DNA of 64,000 nucleotides, from the NCBI GenBank assembly GCA_963555825.3, contig CAUVXB020000001.1, positions 2,112,001-2,176,000 of the forward strand. Reading direction: 5' to 3'. The notes beneath the pieces are model-generated. The model was not told the DNA's origin. It made no database searches and worked only from the letters and a program-made list of their open reading frames with translations. A program made the translations under genes and the position numbers. Position 1 is the first letter of the stretch. The number at the start of each line of letters is the position of its first letter. Source of the stretch: Alphaproteobacteria bacterium (lineage in GTDB: Bacteria; Pseudomonadota; Alphaproteobacteria; JAAXGF01). Below, in pieces: positions 20,189 to 31,157 of the stretch.

Positions 20189-20782
20189 TTACTGACGGAT
20201 GCCCTCGATGATGATTTCCAGCGCCACGGTCTCGCCCTTGGGACCGAAGTCCCTGGTCTCTCCGAAATCCTTGCGCACCAAGGTGTATTTGCCCTCGAAG
20301 CCGGCCCGGTAGTTGCCCCAGGGATCGTCACCTTCGGCGATCAGCTTAATCGGAAACGAGATCGACTTCGTGACGCCACGGTAGCTCAGGTCGCCGGTCA
20401 AGGTCCCGCCGTCCGCATTCCCCGAATAGCCCGTGCTCTCGAAGGTCACCTGGGGATACGTCTCGACGTCCAGGGATTTCGCGCTGCGCAGGTCCTTGTC
20501 GCGTTCCGCGTGGTTGGTATCCACGCTGGCCGTATCGATCGTTACCGAGACCTTCTGCGCCGAGGGCCCCGCCGCCGGATCATAGGTCAGACTGCCCTCC
20601 AAGGTGTTGAAGCGGCCGAATACAAAACCGATGCCCAAGTGACTGACCCGAAACTGGATGAAGGAATGAGCCGGATCGATCTTGTAGTCTGCCGCCTGCG
20701 CCGCCGTCGGCACACCGAGCAGAATTCCACAGGCAAGCGCAATCACGGCCAGCTTGTCGGATATCTCGAATTTGGTCTGCAT
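20189..20782 (-). CDS. yceI: YceI-family periplasmic lipid/isoprenoid-binding protein
   Basis: YKIDPAHS, GRFN, SVDTNHAERDKDLRS, DPWG; signal peptide; adjacent to cytochrome b561. Confidence 0.9.
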   Translation of the reverse strand: MQTKFEISDKLAVIALACGILLGVPTAAQAADYKIDPAHSFIQFRVSHLGIGFVFGRFNTLEGSLTYDPAAGPSAQKVSVTIDTASVDTNHAERDKDLRSAKSLDVETYPQVTFESTGYSGNADGGTLTGDLSYRGVTKSISFPIKLIAEGDDPWGNYRAGFEGKYTLVRKDFGETRDFGPKGETVALEIIIEGIRQ

Positions 20783-20982
20783 GGATTTTCCCTCCTGCGG
20801 GGAAATCGCGTGCCAGGCGAGACCCCTCATATTAACCCCCAACCGATGGTAGTCGAAGATCGCGGCCCGGGGAAGGCTGTCGCATCGCAGTTCGCCGCCG
20901 AGGGCGGACGGATGACCGCCGATCATGCGGCCAGGCGCGCCGCCCCAGGTCCGAAGCGCGGCGTCAATGTCTTCTACGGTTC

Positions 20983-22666
20983 CAGACTGTGTAAGAACGT
21001 TTGCTGCGTGATCTGTACGGCGCGTCTTTGGCTTCGATGATCCGTCGCGGCGGGTATTCCGGGATTAAGGATTTTCGCCACTCGTGCGGACCTGTCGGCC
21101 GGCTGGCGCCGGTGTGAGCTGCGATTTGGCCGGATATGGGCGCAATTTGCGGCGCAGAGAGGCCTATGCGGTCCTCATCGCCGCGATCAGCGGGTCGATG
21201 CCCGTGATGTTCATGACGCGCTTGAGATTGTAGGCCAGCACGTGCAGGGCCATCTCGGTCCTCACCCGTTTCAGCGTCTTCGTCTGGAAATGCGTCGCGC
21301 CCATCCAGGACTTGATGGTGCCGAAGGGATGCTCGGCCGTCTCGCGCCGCCGACGCATCGCCTCCGGGTGCTCGTCGAGCCGCCTCTCGACGGCCTCGAG
21401 AACATGCTCGTGCTGCCAGCGGGTGATGCGGCGCTGCTTGGCCGTGGTGCAGCGATGCTTGATGGCGCATCCCTGACAGGCGTTGGTCCAGTAGCGCCGC
21501 ATGCTCAGCCCCCTCTCCTGGCTGGTGAAGCGGTAGACCAAACGCTCGCCGGCCGGGCAGCGATAGACATCGTCGGCGGCCAGATAGACGAAGTCCTGTT
21601 TGCCGAAGCGGCCCTTGGCCTTGGCTCCAGAGGTCAGCGGCTTAGGCAATGTGACGGTGATGCCGGCCTCATCGCAGGCCAGAATCTCCTTGCCGTTGTA
21701 GTAGCCGCGATCGGCAACGACATCCAACTCGTCGGTCTCCAGAGCCGCCTTGGTCCGCTTCGCCATGGCTGAGAGCTGGGCGCGGTCGGTGCCCTGATTG
21801 GTCACCTCGTGGGCGACGATCAGGTGGTGCTTGGTGTCGACGGCGGCCTGAACGTTGTAGCCGACCACGCCGGAACCCCGGCCGCTCGTCGCCATCGAGC
21901 GGGCATCGGGATCGCTCAGAGAGATCTGCTGGTCCGGGCTCGCACGCCGCTCGACTTCAAGCGCCTTCAGGCGCCGCATCTCCTCCTTGAGGATCGCGAT
22001 CTTGTCGGCCAGACGAGTCGTCTTGGTCGTGCGCGCCAGCGACGGCTCTTGCCGGTCGGCGCTGTCCAACTGGTCCAGATAGCGCGCAACGCTCTCCTCG
22101 ATCTGCGCCACCCGCCGCGCCATCTTGGCCCGCGTGAAGTTCCTGTCCCGGCTGTTGACCGCCTTGAACTTCGAGCCATCGATCGCCACGCTCGCCTCGG
22201 CGAACAGCCCGAGTTGCCGGCACAGCGCGACGAACCGGGCGCAGACCTTGCGGATCGCACGGCCGTTGTCCTTGCGGAAGTCGGCGATCGTCTTGTGATC
22301 CGGCGCCAGCCGGCCGACCAGCCACATCACTTCCACATTGCGCCCGGCCTCCCTCTCGAGCCGACGGCTCGACTGAACCCGGTTGAGATAGCCGTAGATG
22401 TAGAGCTTCAACAAATCGCAAGGATGATAGGCCGGCCTGCCGGTCGCCAGCGGCTCGACCCGGTCGAACCCGAGGCCGCCAAGATCGAGCTCATCGACGA
22501 AGACGTCGATCGCCCGAACCGGGTTGTCGTCGCCGATCCAGTCTTCCAGGCGCTCCGGAAACAACGTGCCCTGGCTGCGATCGACACCCTCGACAAAACG
22601 CTTCATCAGACCCTCCCGCCAAAGCACGAGAGAATCATAACACCATCGACGTTTTTACACAGGCTG
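20983..22666 (-). mobile_element. IS1182-family insertion sequence, type A, copy 2 (transposase 21164-22606)
   Basis: Near-identical to 6447-8130 (one amino acid difference seen). Confidence 0.9.
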
Positions 22667-22668
22667 GG

Positions 22669-23853
22669 TCATATGCCGAGCCGCCGCGCGAGGTACTGGG
22701 CGAAGTCGTAAATTGGCCGCTCGAGATAGGACAGGTGGCCGCCCTTGGCGAGACCGGCCCGCATGCCGCGATAGACGGCCTCGACGCCGCGCCGGTCCTC
22801 GTCGTTGACCGCGTCGAGCAGCGTCTTCAGCGCGGCGATGTCGTCGGCGGCCTCTGGCTCGTCGAGGTATTCGGGCGCGAGGCCGCCGCCGTAGGTGATG
22901 TGCACCCGGCCGACGCCGCGCGGATGGACGACCAAGTACCAGAAATAGCCCGGCGTCAGCGTGATCAGATGGCTCGGGTAGACGGTGATCAGCGCCGCCG
23001 TCTTGCGCCAGCGTCCTTGCAAACGCGTGTTGTCGGGGTGCGCGTTGCCGATCGGCAGCGAGGCTTCCTTGGTGATCCAGTGGTAGTTGAAGGCCGGCAG
23101 ACCGGGCGGGCAGTCCATGTCGTCGACCTTGGAGTGCGCGCCGACGGTGCCCCAATGCAGCATCGGCAGGTGATAGCTCTCCATGAAGTTCTCGGCCAGG
23201 ACCTTCCAATTTGTGTCCCAGACATGCTCTTCGCGGAACGTCTCGACGTAATCCGCCATGCCGTAATCGCCGATCAACGCACCGAGCGGCTCGAGGCTTG
23301 TCGCGACCGACTCGGCGTCGGGGTTCAGCGTAACGTAGAGCCAACCCTGCCATTCTTCGCAGCGGATCGCGGGCAGCCGGTAGCCCGCCTTGCAGAAGCC
23401 GGTCGTCTTCTCCATATGCGGCGCGGCGCGCAGCGAGCCATCGAGGTTGTAGGTCCAGGCGTGATAGGGACAGACGATCGCCCTTGCGTTGCCGGTGCCT
23501 TCGAGCAACGTCGACATGCGGTGCAGGCAGACGTTGGAGAACGCGCGCAGCTCCCCGTCTCGTCCCCGGATGACGGCGATCGGTTGGCCGGCCAGCTCGT
23601 AAGTCAGATAATCGCCCGGCTGGGCCACGGCGCTGGCGCGGCCGACGCAGATCCATTCCCGGCGAAGGATCCGCTCGAGCTCCAATTCGAGGAAGCCGGC
23701 GTCGGTATAGACCGAGGGCGGCATCGCGACGGCATCCTCGAAGCGCCGCGCGACGACCGATCGAAGCTCGGCGAGCGCCGTCGCCCCTGGCCCATCCGTC
23801 TTCGGCCGCGTCTCTGCACCATCGATTTTCGTCCGCAATGGCGTATCCGGCAT
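22669..23853 (-). CDS. Rieske non-heme iron oxygenase alpha subunit
   Basis: CLH...CPYHAW Rieske motif; NWK...ENFMESYHLPMLH iron site. Confidence 0.92.
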   Translation of the reverse strand: MPDTPLRTKIDGAETRPKTDGPGATALAELRSVVARRFEDAVAMPPSVYTDAGFLELELERILRREWICVGRASAVAQPGDYLTYELAGQPIAVIRGRDGELRAFSNVCLHRMSTLLEGTGNARAIVCPYHAWTYNLDGSLRAAPHMEKTTGFCKAGYRLPAIRCEEWQGWLYVTLNPDAESVATSLEPLGALIGDYGMADYVETFREEHVWDTNWKVLAENFMESYHLPMLHWGTVGAHSKVDDMDCPPGLPAFNYHWITKEASLPIGNAHPDNTRLQGRWRKTAALITVYPSHLITLTPGYFWYLVVHPRGVGRVHITYGGGLAPEYLDEPEAADDIAALKTLLDAVNDEDRRGVEAVYRGMRAGLAKGGHLSYLERPIYDFAQYLARRLGI

Positions 23854-23879
23854 GGCCGATTCTCCTTGATTTGCTTTAC

Positions 23880-23957
23880 CTCACATCACCAAACCACCCT
23901 ACGGAACGCTTGAAATCATATAAAATTTATTTTATTTTAATATTAGCAATAAAAAAT
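23880..23957. promoter_or_regulatory. AT-rich divergent promoter region between the oxygenase and LysR genes
   Basis: Strongly AT-rich tract (ATATAAAATTTATTTTATTTTAATATT) in high-GC DNA; typical LysR layout. Confidence 0.55.
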
Positions 23958-24863
23958 ATGGTTAAGTTCACACTGAAGCAACTCGGCTATTTCTCGGCGG
24001 TCGCCGAGCATGGCGGTATCGCCCAGGCCGCGCGCGCGCTCAACATCTCCGTGCCAGCGGTCGCCGCCGGCATCGACAAGCTCGAAATACTGCTCGGCTA
24101 TCGCCTGCTGGTGCGGCGCCATGCGCGCGGCACCGAGCCGACGCTCAAGGGCCGCGAGGCGCTGCTTCTGGCCCGCGAGCTGCTGGCGCGCGCCGACGAA
24201 GCCGACCGCCGCCTGCGTGCCCTCGGCGCGCGGGTCGAGGGCGCGCTGAAGATCGGCTGTTACGAGACGCTCGCGCCGTTCTATCTGCCCGGGCTGATCG
24301 ACCTGATGCGGCGCCAACACCCCAGCGTCACCTGCACGGTATCCGAGGGGCGAACCGAAAAACTATTGGCCGCGCTTGCCATGGCCGACATCGAGATCGC
24401 GCTGCTCTACGACATGGACCTCAACCGCCACGGCATTGCCGTCGAGCGCGTCGCCAGCCTCGCGCCCTATGTCCTGCTGCCGGCTGGCCATGCTCTGGCC
24501 GGCGAGGCGTCGGTCGGCATCGGCGCGCTCGCTGAGGAGCCCTATGTGCAGCTCGACTGGCGCACCACGCGCGAGCACTTCTCGACGATCTTCAAGCGCG
24601 CGCGCATCGCGCCGCCGGTCGCCTTTCGCTCACCATCGTTCGAGCTGGTGCGCAGCGCGGTCGCCAACGGCCTGGGATTCTCGCTGCTCTACGTCAGGCC
24701 GGACAGCGACGTCGCTTACGACGGCAAGGCGATCGTATGCTTGCCGATCGAGGAGACGATGCCGCCACTGGACATCGTGCTCGCCTGGCCCAGCCGCGGC
24801 ACGTCGCGAACGATCAGAACAGCGTTCGTCGACGTCGCAACGGCGTATTTCGCCGGCCGCTAG
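23958..24863 (+). CDS. LysR-family transcriptional regulator
   Basis: FTLKQLGYFSAVAEHGGIAQAARALNIS HTH; substrate-binding domain. Confidence 0.93.
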   Translation: MVKFTLKQLGYFSAVAEHGGIAQAARALNISVPAVAAGIDKLEILLGYRLLVRRHARGTEPTLKGREALLLARELLARADEADRRLRALGARVEGALKIGCYETLAPFYLPGLIDLMRRQHPSVTCTVSEGRTEKLLAALAMADIEIALLYDMDLNRHGIAVERVASLAPYVLLPAGHALAGEASVGIGALAEEPYVQLDWRTTREHFSTIFKRARIAPPVAFRSPSFELVRSAVANGLGFSLLYVRPDSDVAYDGKAIVCLPIEETMPPLDIVLAWPSRGTSRTIRTAFVDVATAYFAGR

Positions 24864-25014
24864 CGCTTATTTGTCCGGTCAATCGCCGCGCTTGCCAATC
24901 TTAATCCCACAAGGACTGGCCGAACGGTCGGCGGCCCGCCCTCTTGTTGGGATAAGATTGGCGCGGGCTGGAATTGTCCGACATATCCCGATTATGCACT
25001 GGCCCCGCGCGCTA
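24860..25014 (+). repeat. Structured dispersed repeat (variant with two inserts)
   Basis: Core CAATCGCCGCGC...GCCGAACGGTCGGCGGCCCGC...CGCGGGCTGG; TAGCGC...GCGCTA termini. Confidence 0.7.
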
Positions 25015-25770
25015 TTCGACCCCGACCGCCTCACCCAGCGTCGGGCCGATCTCGCCGTGGACCAGCAGGTCGGCTTCCATGTCGAGTTCGGTCGGTTCGC
25101 GGTTGACGATGGCGAGCAGCGCGCCGTTGCGCTTGGCGAGCGAGGGAAAGCCGGCGGCCGGATAGACCCTGAGCGACGAGCCGATCGAGATGAACAGGTC
25201 GCAGGCGAGCGTCGCCGCCTCGGCGCGCTGCATCTCGGCCTCGGGCATCTGCTGGCCGAACGAGATCGTCGCGGTCTTGACCAGGCCGCCGCAGGCGGTG
25301 CACAGCGGCAGCGTTTCGTCGGCCGCGAAGGCCGCGTAGATCGGCGCGAGCTCGTGGCGTTCACCGCAGGAGAGACAGGATGCGTAGGTCGTGTTGCCGT
25401 GCAGCTCGACGATGCGGTCGTCGGCGATGCCCGAACGCTGGTGCAGGCCGTCGACGTTCTGCGTGATGACGCAGACGACGGTGCCGCGGCGCACCAGCTC
25501 GGCGACGGCGCGGTGGCCGCGGCTCGGCTCGGCCTCGGCGACCGCGTCGTGGGTCGCGAGCTTGCGCCGCCACGCCTCGCGCCGCATGTCCTCGGAGCGC
25601 ATGAAGTCCTGGAAATCGACCGGCGTATATTTGGTCCAGATGCCGCCCGGGCTGCGGTAGTCGGGGATGCCCGATTCGGTGCTGATGCCGGCGCCGGTGA
25701 AGACGACGACGCGGTGGCTGACCTCGAGCAGGCGGTTGAGCGCCTTGATGTCACGCGCGGCGTCATCCAT
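25012..25770 (-). CDS. cobB: Sir2-family NAD-dependent deacylase
   Basis: [24 protein letters not shown], CxxC...CxxC, GSSL. Confidence 0.92.
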   Translation of the reverse strand: MDDAARDIKALNRLLEVSHRVVVFTGAGISTESGIPDYRSPGGIWTKYTPVDFQDFMRSEDMRREAWRRKLATHDAVAEAEPSRGHRAVAELVRRGTVVCVITQNVDGLHQRSGIADDRIVELHGNTTYASCLSCGERHELAPIYAAFAADETLPLCTACGGLVKTATISFGQQMPEAEMQRAEAATLACDLFISIGSSLRVYPAAGFPSLAKRNGALLAIVNREPTELDMEADLLVHGEIGPTLGEAVGVE

Positions 25771-25908
25771 GGCACGAGTTATTTTCGCGAATGGTCATGG
25801 GCCTGAGTGTAGGCAAGCGAGGATATCAGGACAATCGGCCTTGCAACAGCGGCGATCTTTACCGATAACCCATGCTCAATCACAAACCCGCCTGAGGAGC
25901 CGACCGCC

Positions 25909-26199
25909 ATGCAGGCCACCGCCACCGTCCAGGCCGACAACGAGCGCACCACCGTCACCGAATGGCGCTTCCAGCCCGGCCAGTCGACCGGCTATCACCG
26001 TCACGCCTACGACTACGTCATCGTGCCGCTGACGACCGGCAAGCTGCAGCTTACCGGCCCCGACGGCGAGACCATCGGCGACCTGGTCGCTGGGCGTTCG
26101 TACTTCCGGGACGCGGGAGTCGAGCACGACGTCACGAACATCAACGACTACGAGTTCGCTTTCGTCGAGGTCGAGTTCAAGGACGGCGGACCCAAGTAG
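25909..26199 (+). CDS. Small cupin protein (BauB-like)
   Basis: TEWRFQPGQSTGYHRHAYDY...GVEHDV cupin motifs. Confidence 0.75.
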   Translation: MQATATVQADNERTTVTEWRFQPGQSTGYHRHAYDYVIVPLTTGKLQLTGPDGETIGDLVAGRSYFRDAGVEHDVTNINDYEFAFVEVEFKDGGPK

Positions 26200-26237
26200 G
26201 CCGCGCCCGCCGGGAATACTCATGGAGTTGGGAAATC

Positions 26238-27745
26238 ATGGTTGACATGCCAAACCTCGCCGCCCGGCTGGGGCTCGACGCCCAGGTACTCAGCGCCGGC
26301 GACTTCGCCGTGCGCACGCCGATCGACGGCAGCACCGTCGCCAGCCTCGCCGAACATTCCGCCGCCGACGTCGGCGCCATGGTCGGCAGCGCGACCGATG
26401 CCTTCGATGTCTGGCGCTCGGTGCCGGCGCCGAAGCGCGGCGAGCTGATGCGCCTGTTTGCCGAGGAGCTGCGCGCGCACAAGGACGCGCTGGGCGAGAT
26501 CGTCACCATCGAGAGCGGCAAGATCTTCGAGGAGGGCAAGGGCGAAGTTCAGGAGATGATCGACATCTGCGACTTCGCCGTCGGCCTGTCGCGCCAGCTC
26601 TATGGCCTGACCATCGCCTCCGAGCGGCCGGGCCACCGCATGATGGAGACCTGGCACCCGCTGGGGCCGGTCGGCCTCATCACCACCTTCAACTTTCCGG
26701 TCGCGCCCTGGGCGTGGAACTTCGCGCTCGCCGTCGTCTGCGGCGACCCGATGGTGTGGAAGCCGTCGGAGAAGACGCCGGTCTCGGCGCTCGCCTGCCA
26801 GGCGATCTTCGACAAGGCGGTGGCCCGCTTCGGCGACGCGCCGGCCGACCTGCTTCAGGTCGTCATCGGCGGCAAGGAGGCCGGCGAGGCGTTGGTCGAC
26901 GACGCCCGCGTACCGCTGATCAGCGCCACCGGAAGCTGCCGCATGGGGCGCGAGGTCGGCATCCGCGTAGCCAAACGGCTGGGCCGCTCGCTGTTGGAAC
27001 TGGGCGGCAACAACGCGATGATCGTCGCGCCCTCGGCCGACCTCGACCTGGCGGTCCGCGCCATCCTGTTCTCGGCGGTCGGCACGGCCGGCCAGCGCTG
27101 CACCTCGCTAAGGCGTTTGATCGTCCACGAGAGTATCCACGACGCACTACTGCCGCGCCTCGAGGCGGCCTACGCTTCGGTCAGCGTCGGCGATCCGCTC
27201 GATCCCGGCACGCTGGTCGGGCCGCTGGTCGACGGCGGCGCCTTCGAGCGCATGCAGGCCGCGCTCGAGACCGTCGCCGGTGAAGGCGGCACGGTGCACG
27301 GCGGCGAGCGCGTGCTGGCCAACGAGTACCCCGACGCCCATTACGTCAGGCCGGCGATCGTCGAGATGCCGGCACAGACCGAGACGGTGTGCGAGGAGAC
27401 CTTCGCGCCGATCCTTTACGCCATGAAATACACCGACTTCGACGAGGCGATCGCGATCCACAACGGGGTGCCGCAGGGCCTGTCGTCCTGCATCTTCACG
27501 ACCGATGTGCGCGAGGCCGAGGCGTTCGTCTCGGCGCGCGGCAGCGACTGCGGCATCACAACGTCAACATCGGCCCGTCGGGCGCCGAGATCGGCGGCGC
27601 CTTCGGCGGCGAGAAGGACACCGGCGGCGGCCGCGAATCGGGCTCCGATGCATGGAAGAGCTATATGCGGCGCGCCACCAACACGGTGAACTATTCGAAC
27701 GAGCTGCCGCTCGCCCAGGGCATCCAGTTCGACGTCGGCGACTGA
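26238..27745 (+). CDS. ALDH7-type aldehyde dehydrogenase (piperideine-6-carboxylate dehydrogenase-like), frameshift near 27560
   Basis: [34 protein letters not shown]; C-terminus [21 protein letters not shown] in another frame. Confidence 0.85.
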
Positions 27746-27790
27746 TCGGGCGGCGCTTGATCCTAGGTATAACATCGAGGAGACAAGGTT

Positions 27791-28780
27791 ATGGCGAGTA
27801 GGGGTGACAAGACGATCGGCGACAACGCCTTCACGGCGGAGAGCCTCTACGGCACCAACTGGCAGCCGACCTACGCCGGCGCGCTCAGTTTCCTGCGCCG
27901 CAAGTACACCCGCGATCTGACCGGCGTCGACGTCGCGGTGACCGGGCTGCCCTTCGACCTCGCCACGACCAACCGGCCGGGCACGCGCTTCGGGCCGGCC
28001 GGCATCCGGCGCGCATCGGCGCAGCTCGCCTGGGGGCCACCCTGGCCGTGGGGTTTCAATCCGGTCGACCGGCTCGCGGTGATCGACTACGGCGACTGCA
28101 ACTTCGAGCTCGGCTACACCGAGAAGATGGTCGAGGCGGCCGAGGCGCACGCCACCGAGATCATCGAGGGCGGCGCCTCGATGCTGACGTTGGGCGGCGA
28201 CCATTACATATCGCTGCCGCTGCTGCGCGCGCATGCCAAGAAGTACGGGCCGCTCTCGCTGGTCCACTTCGATGCCCATTCGGACACCTGGCGCGACGAC
28301 GCCTACCACCACGGCACCATGTTCTTCCACGCCATCAACGAGGGCATCATCGACCCCGAGCGCTCGATCCACATCGGCATCCGGACCCACAACCCCGAGA
28401 GCCACGGCTTCACCATCCTGCACGCCGACTGGGTGCACGAGAACGGACCGAAAGCGGCGATCGAGGAGGTCAACCGCGTCGTCGGCGACCACAAGGCCTA
28501 CCTCACCTTCGACATCGACGGCCTCGACCCGTGCTTCGCGCCGGGTACCGGTACGCCGGTGATCGGCGGGCTGACGACGCACCAGGCGCGTTCGATCATG
28601 TGGGGCTTGGGCGACATCGATTTCGTCGCCATGGACCTGGTCGAGGTGGCGCCGATCTACGACGTCGGCGACATCACTTCGCTGGCCGGCGCAACGCTGT
28701 GCCTCGACTATCTCGCTTTGCGCGCCGCCAAGCTGCCGCCGCGCGAGGGTGAGAAGGAAGACGACGTCAATCCCTACTAG
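27791..28780 (+). CDS. speB: Agmatinase / ureohydrolase family protein
   Basis: GGDH, DAHSD, DIDGLDP, APGTGTP. Confidence 0.85.
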   Translation: MASRGDKTIGDNAFTAESLYGTNWQPTYAGALSFLRRKYTRDLTGVDVAVTGLPFDLATTNRPGTRFGPAGIRRASAQLAWGPPWPWGFNPVDRLAVIDYGDCNFELGYTEKMVEAAEAHATEIIEGGASMLTLGGDHYISLPLLRAHAKKYGPLSLVHFDAHSDTWRDDAYHHGTMFFHAINEGIIDPERSIHIGIRTHNPESHGFTILHADWVHENGPKAAIEEVNRVVGDHKAYLTFDIDGLDPCFAPGTGTPVIGGLTTHQARSIMWGLGDIDFVAMDLVEVAPIYDVGDITSLAGATLCLDYLALRAAKLPPREGEKEDDVNPY

Positions 28781-28931
28781 TCGCCACGCCGCCAGGCGCA
28801 AAGTGTTCGCGACGACCCGCGCTTGAGTGCTGGCCGGGCGCGACGATAGGCATTTTCGAACATTTTCGAACAATGCGCCACAATTACGAGTCATTGTTGT
28901 ATTGACACCGTTCACGGGGTATGTTCACACC

Positions 28932-29846
28932 ATGATTCCCGCCAAACCGACCGTCAAACGCCGTGACACGGTGCGCATTTTCCGCGCGCGACTCGCCGAG
29001 GCGATGGACCGCGCCGGCCACAGCCGCGCCGAACTGGCGCGCGCGGTCGGCGTCGACCGCTCGACGCTGTCCCAGCTGCTCGCCACCGACAACGACCGCC
29101 TGCCGCGCGCGGACACCGTGGCGGCGATCGCGGCGACGCTTCAAGTCAGCCTCGATTGGCTGCTCGGCCTGAGCCAGGAAGAGAAACTCGGCGCCGACAT
29201 CCTGCAACGCTCGCTGCAGATCGAGCCGAGCTCGCCCAACCCGGTCGACGAACGGTTGTCGCAATGGCACGCCGAGGCCGCGGGCTACAAAATCCGCTAC
29301 GTGCCCAGCCTGCTGCCCGACGTGCTCAAGACCGACGCGGTGATCGCGTATGAATTTCAGATGTCGCAGATCGCGACGCCGCGCCAGGCGCGCGCCGAAT
29401 CGCAGGCGCGTCTGGCCTATATGCGGCTGCCCGAGACCGACATGGAGGTGTGCAGCCCGATCCATGGCATCGAGGCCTTCGCGCTCGGCGAGGGCATCTG
29501 GCGCGGCCTCGACGAGGACGCCCGGCGCGAACAGCTCGTGCGCATGGCCGACCTGGTCGACGAGCTCTACCCGTCGTTCCGCTGGTTCCTATTCGACGGC
29601 CTGACGCATTACTCGGCGCCGCTCACCATCTTCGGCCCGCAGCGCGCGGCGCTCTACATCGGTCAGATGTATTTCGTGTTCAACACCATCGAGCATATCC
29701 GCGTGCTGACCCGGCACTTCGATAATCTCATTCGCATTGCCACGGTGCAGCCGCCCGACGTCGGTGGCGTACTGCGCGACCTGTACGACACGGTCGACGA
29801 GGTGGCGCCCCGACACGGGATGGGCGTGCCGGCGCGGCCGCAATGA
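28932..29846 (+). CDS. XRE-family HTH transcriptional regulator
   Basis: N-terminal SRAELARAVGVDRSTLSQLL...VSLDWLLG. Confidence 0.8.
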   Translation: MIPAKPTVKRRDTVRIFRARLAEAMDRAGHSRAELARAVGVDRSTLSQLLATDNDRLPRADTVAAIAATLQVSLDWLLGLSQEEKLGADILQRSLQIEPSSPNPVDERLSQWHAEAAGYKIRYVPSLLPDVLKTDAVIAYEFQMSQIATPRQARAESQARLAYMRLPETDMEVCSPIHGIEAFALGEGIWRGLDEDARREQLVRMADLVDELYPSFRWFLFDGLTHYSAPLTIFGPQRAALYIGQMYFVFNTIEHIRVLTRHFDNLIRIATVQPPDVGGVLRDLYDTVDEVAPRHGMGVPARPQ

Positions 29847-30253
29847 GCGGCGCACCGCGCGCGACCGGCGGCTGCCTGTGCGGCGCCGTCCGCTTCGAGG
29901 TTCACGGGAACTTGCGCGGCGTCGTCAACTGCCATTGCGGTCAGTGCCGACGCAGCCACGGCCACCATGGCGCGTACAGCGAAGCGGCGCGGGCCGATCT
30001 CAAGCTTACCGAGGACCGCGCGCTGGCGTGGTACGCATCGTCGGCCGCAGCGCAGCGCGGCTTCTGCGCGGCCTGCGGGTCGAGCCTGTTTTGGCAGCGT
30101 AAGGGCACGGACCACACGTCGATCGCCGCCGGCAGTTTCGACCAGCCGAGCGACCTCACGACGGTCGGGCATGTCTTCACCGCCGTGCGCGCCGACTACT
30201 ACACGATCGACGACGATCTCGAGCAGTGGCCCGCATCGATGGCGGCAGGCTGA
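29843..30253 (+). CDS. GFA/CENP-V family Zn protein
   Basis: GGCLCGAV, CHCGQCR, FCAACGS. Confidence 0.9.
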   Translation: MSGAPRATGGCLCGAVRFEVHGNLRGVVNCHCGQCRRSHGHHGAYSEAARADLKLTEDRALAWYASSAAAQRGFCAACGSSLFWQRKGTDHTSIAAGSFDQPSDLTTVGHVFTAVRADYYTIDDDLEQWPASMAAG

Positions 30254-30259
30254 GGCGCC

Positions 30260-31066
30260 ATGGGCATCGCCAGCCTGCCGATGTACGACCTGCCCGAGGC
30301 ACGCCCGGCGATCGACGCGCTGTGGCGCGGCATCGCCGGCCATATGGCGCGCGCCGGCGTCACCGACGTGCCCGAGAGGCTGCTCCACGACCGGCCGATC
30401 AAGGCGACCTGGGGGGACCCGGATATCTTCTTCAGCCAAGCCTGCGGCTATGACGTGAAGCACGGTTTCGCCGACTCGCTCCGGTTGTTGGTGACGCCGT
30501 GCCATGACGCGTTCGGCTGCGACGGCCCGACCTATTCGAGCCTCCTCGTGGTGCCCGAGGCGTCGACGGCGCGCGATATCGAGGATCTGCGTGGTTGCAT
30601 CTGCGTCATCAACGGTCGCGAATCGCACTCGGGCATGAGCGCGTTGCGCGCCACGGTCGCGCCGCTCAGCCGGAACGGCTGCTTCTTCGCCGAGGTCAAG
30701 GAGAGCGGCGCTCATGTCGAGAGCCTGGCGTCCGTGCGCTACGGCGATGCCGATATCGCCGCCGTCGATTGCATCACCTTCGCGCTGGTCGGGCGCTACC
30801 GGCCGGCGGCGCTGGAGGGCGTTCGCGTGCTCGGGCGCACCGCCAACGCGGTCAGCCCACCCTATGTCACGCGCGCCGACACGCCCGACGACATCGCCGA
30901 ACGGATGCGCGCGGCGCTGGTCGAGGCGTTCGAGGACGTCGATCTCGCGTCCGCGCGCGAGGCGATCTTCCTAAGCGGCGCCGAAGTTCTCGCGCATGAC
31001 GCATACGACAACATCGTCGAATTCGTGCAGATCGCCCAGAGTCACGGCTACACCGAGATCGCTTGA
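30260..31066 (+). CDS. PhnD/SsuA-like substrate-binding fold protein
   Basis: ASLPMYD, QACGY, SHSG, SGAHVES, ADIAAVD. Confidence 0.7.
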   Translation: MGIASLPMYDLPEARPAIDALWRGIAGHMARAGVTDVPERLLHDRPIKATWGDPDIFFSQACGYDVKHGFADSLRLLVTPCHDAFGCDGPTYSSLLVVPEASTARDIEDLRGCICVINGRESHSGMSALRATVAPLSRNGCFFAEVKESGAHVESLASVRYGDADIAAVDCITFALVGRYRPAALEGVRVLGRTANAVSPPYVTRADTPDDIAERMRAALVEAFEDVDLASAREAIFLSGAEVLAHDAYDNIVEFVQIAQSHGYTEIA

Positions 31067-31157
31067 GGCGGAACCGGCCCCGGGTGCGGGTCGGCCGGCG
31101 CTGTGTTATACTGTTGGAAAATATGCAGGGAGCGTGACTTCGCATTCGGAGGTATTC

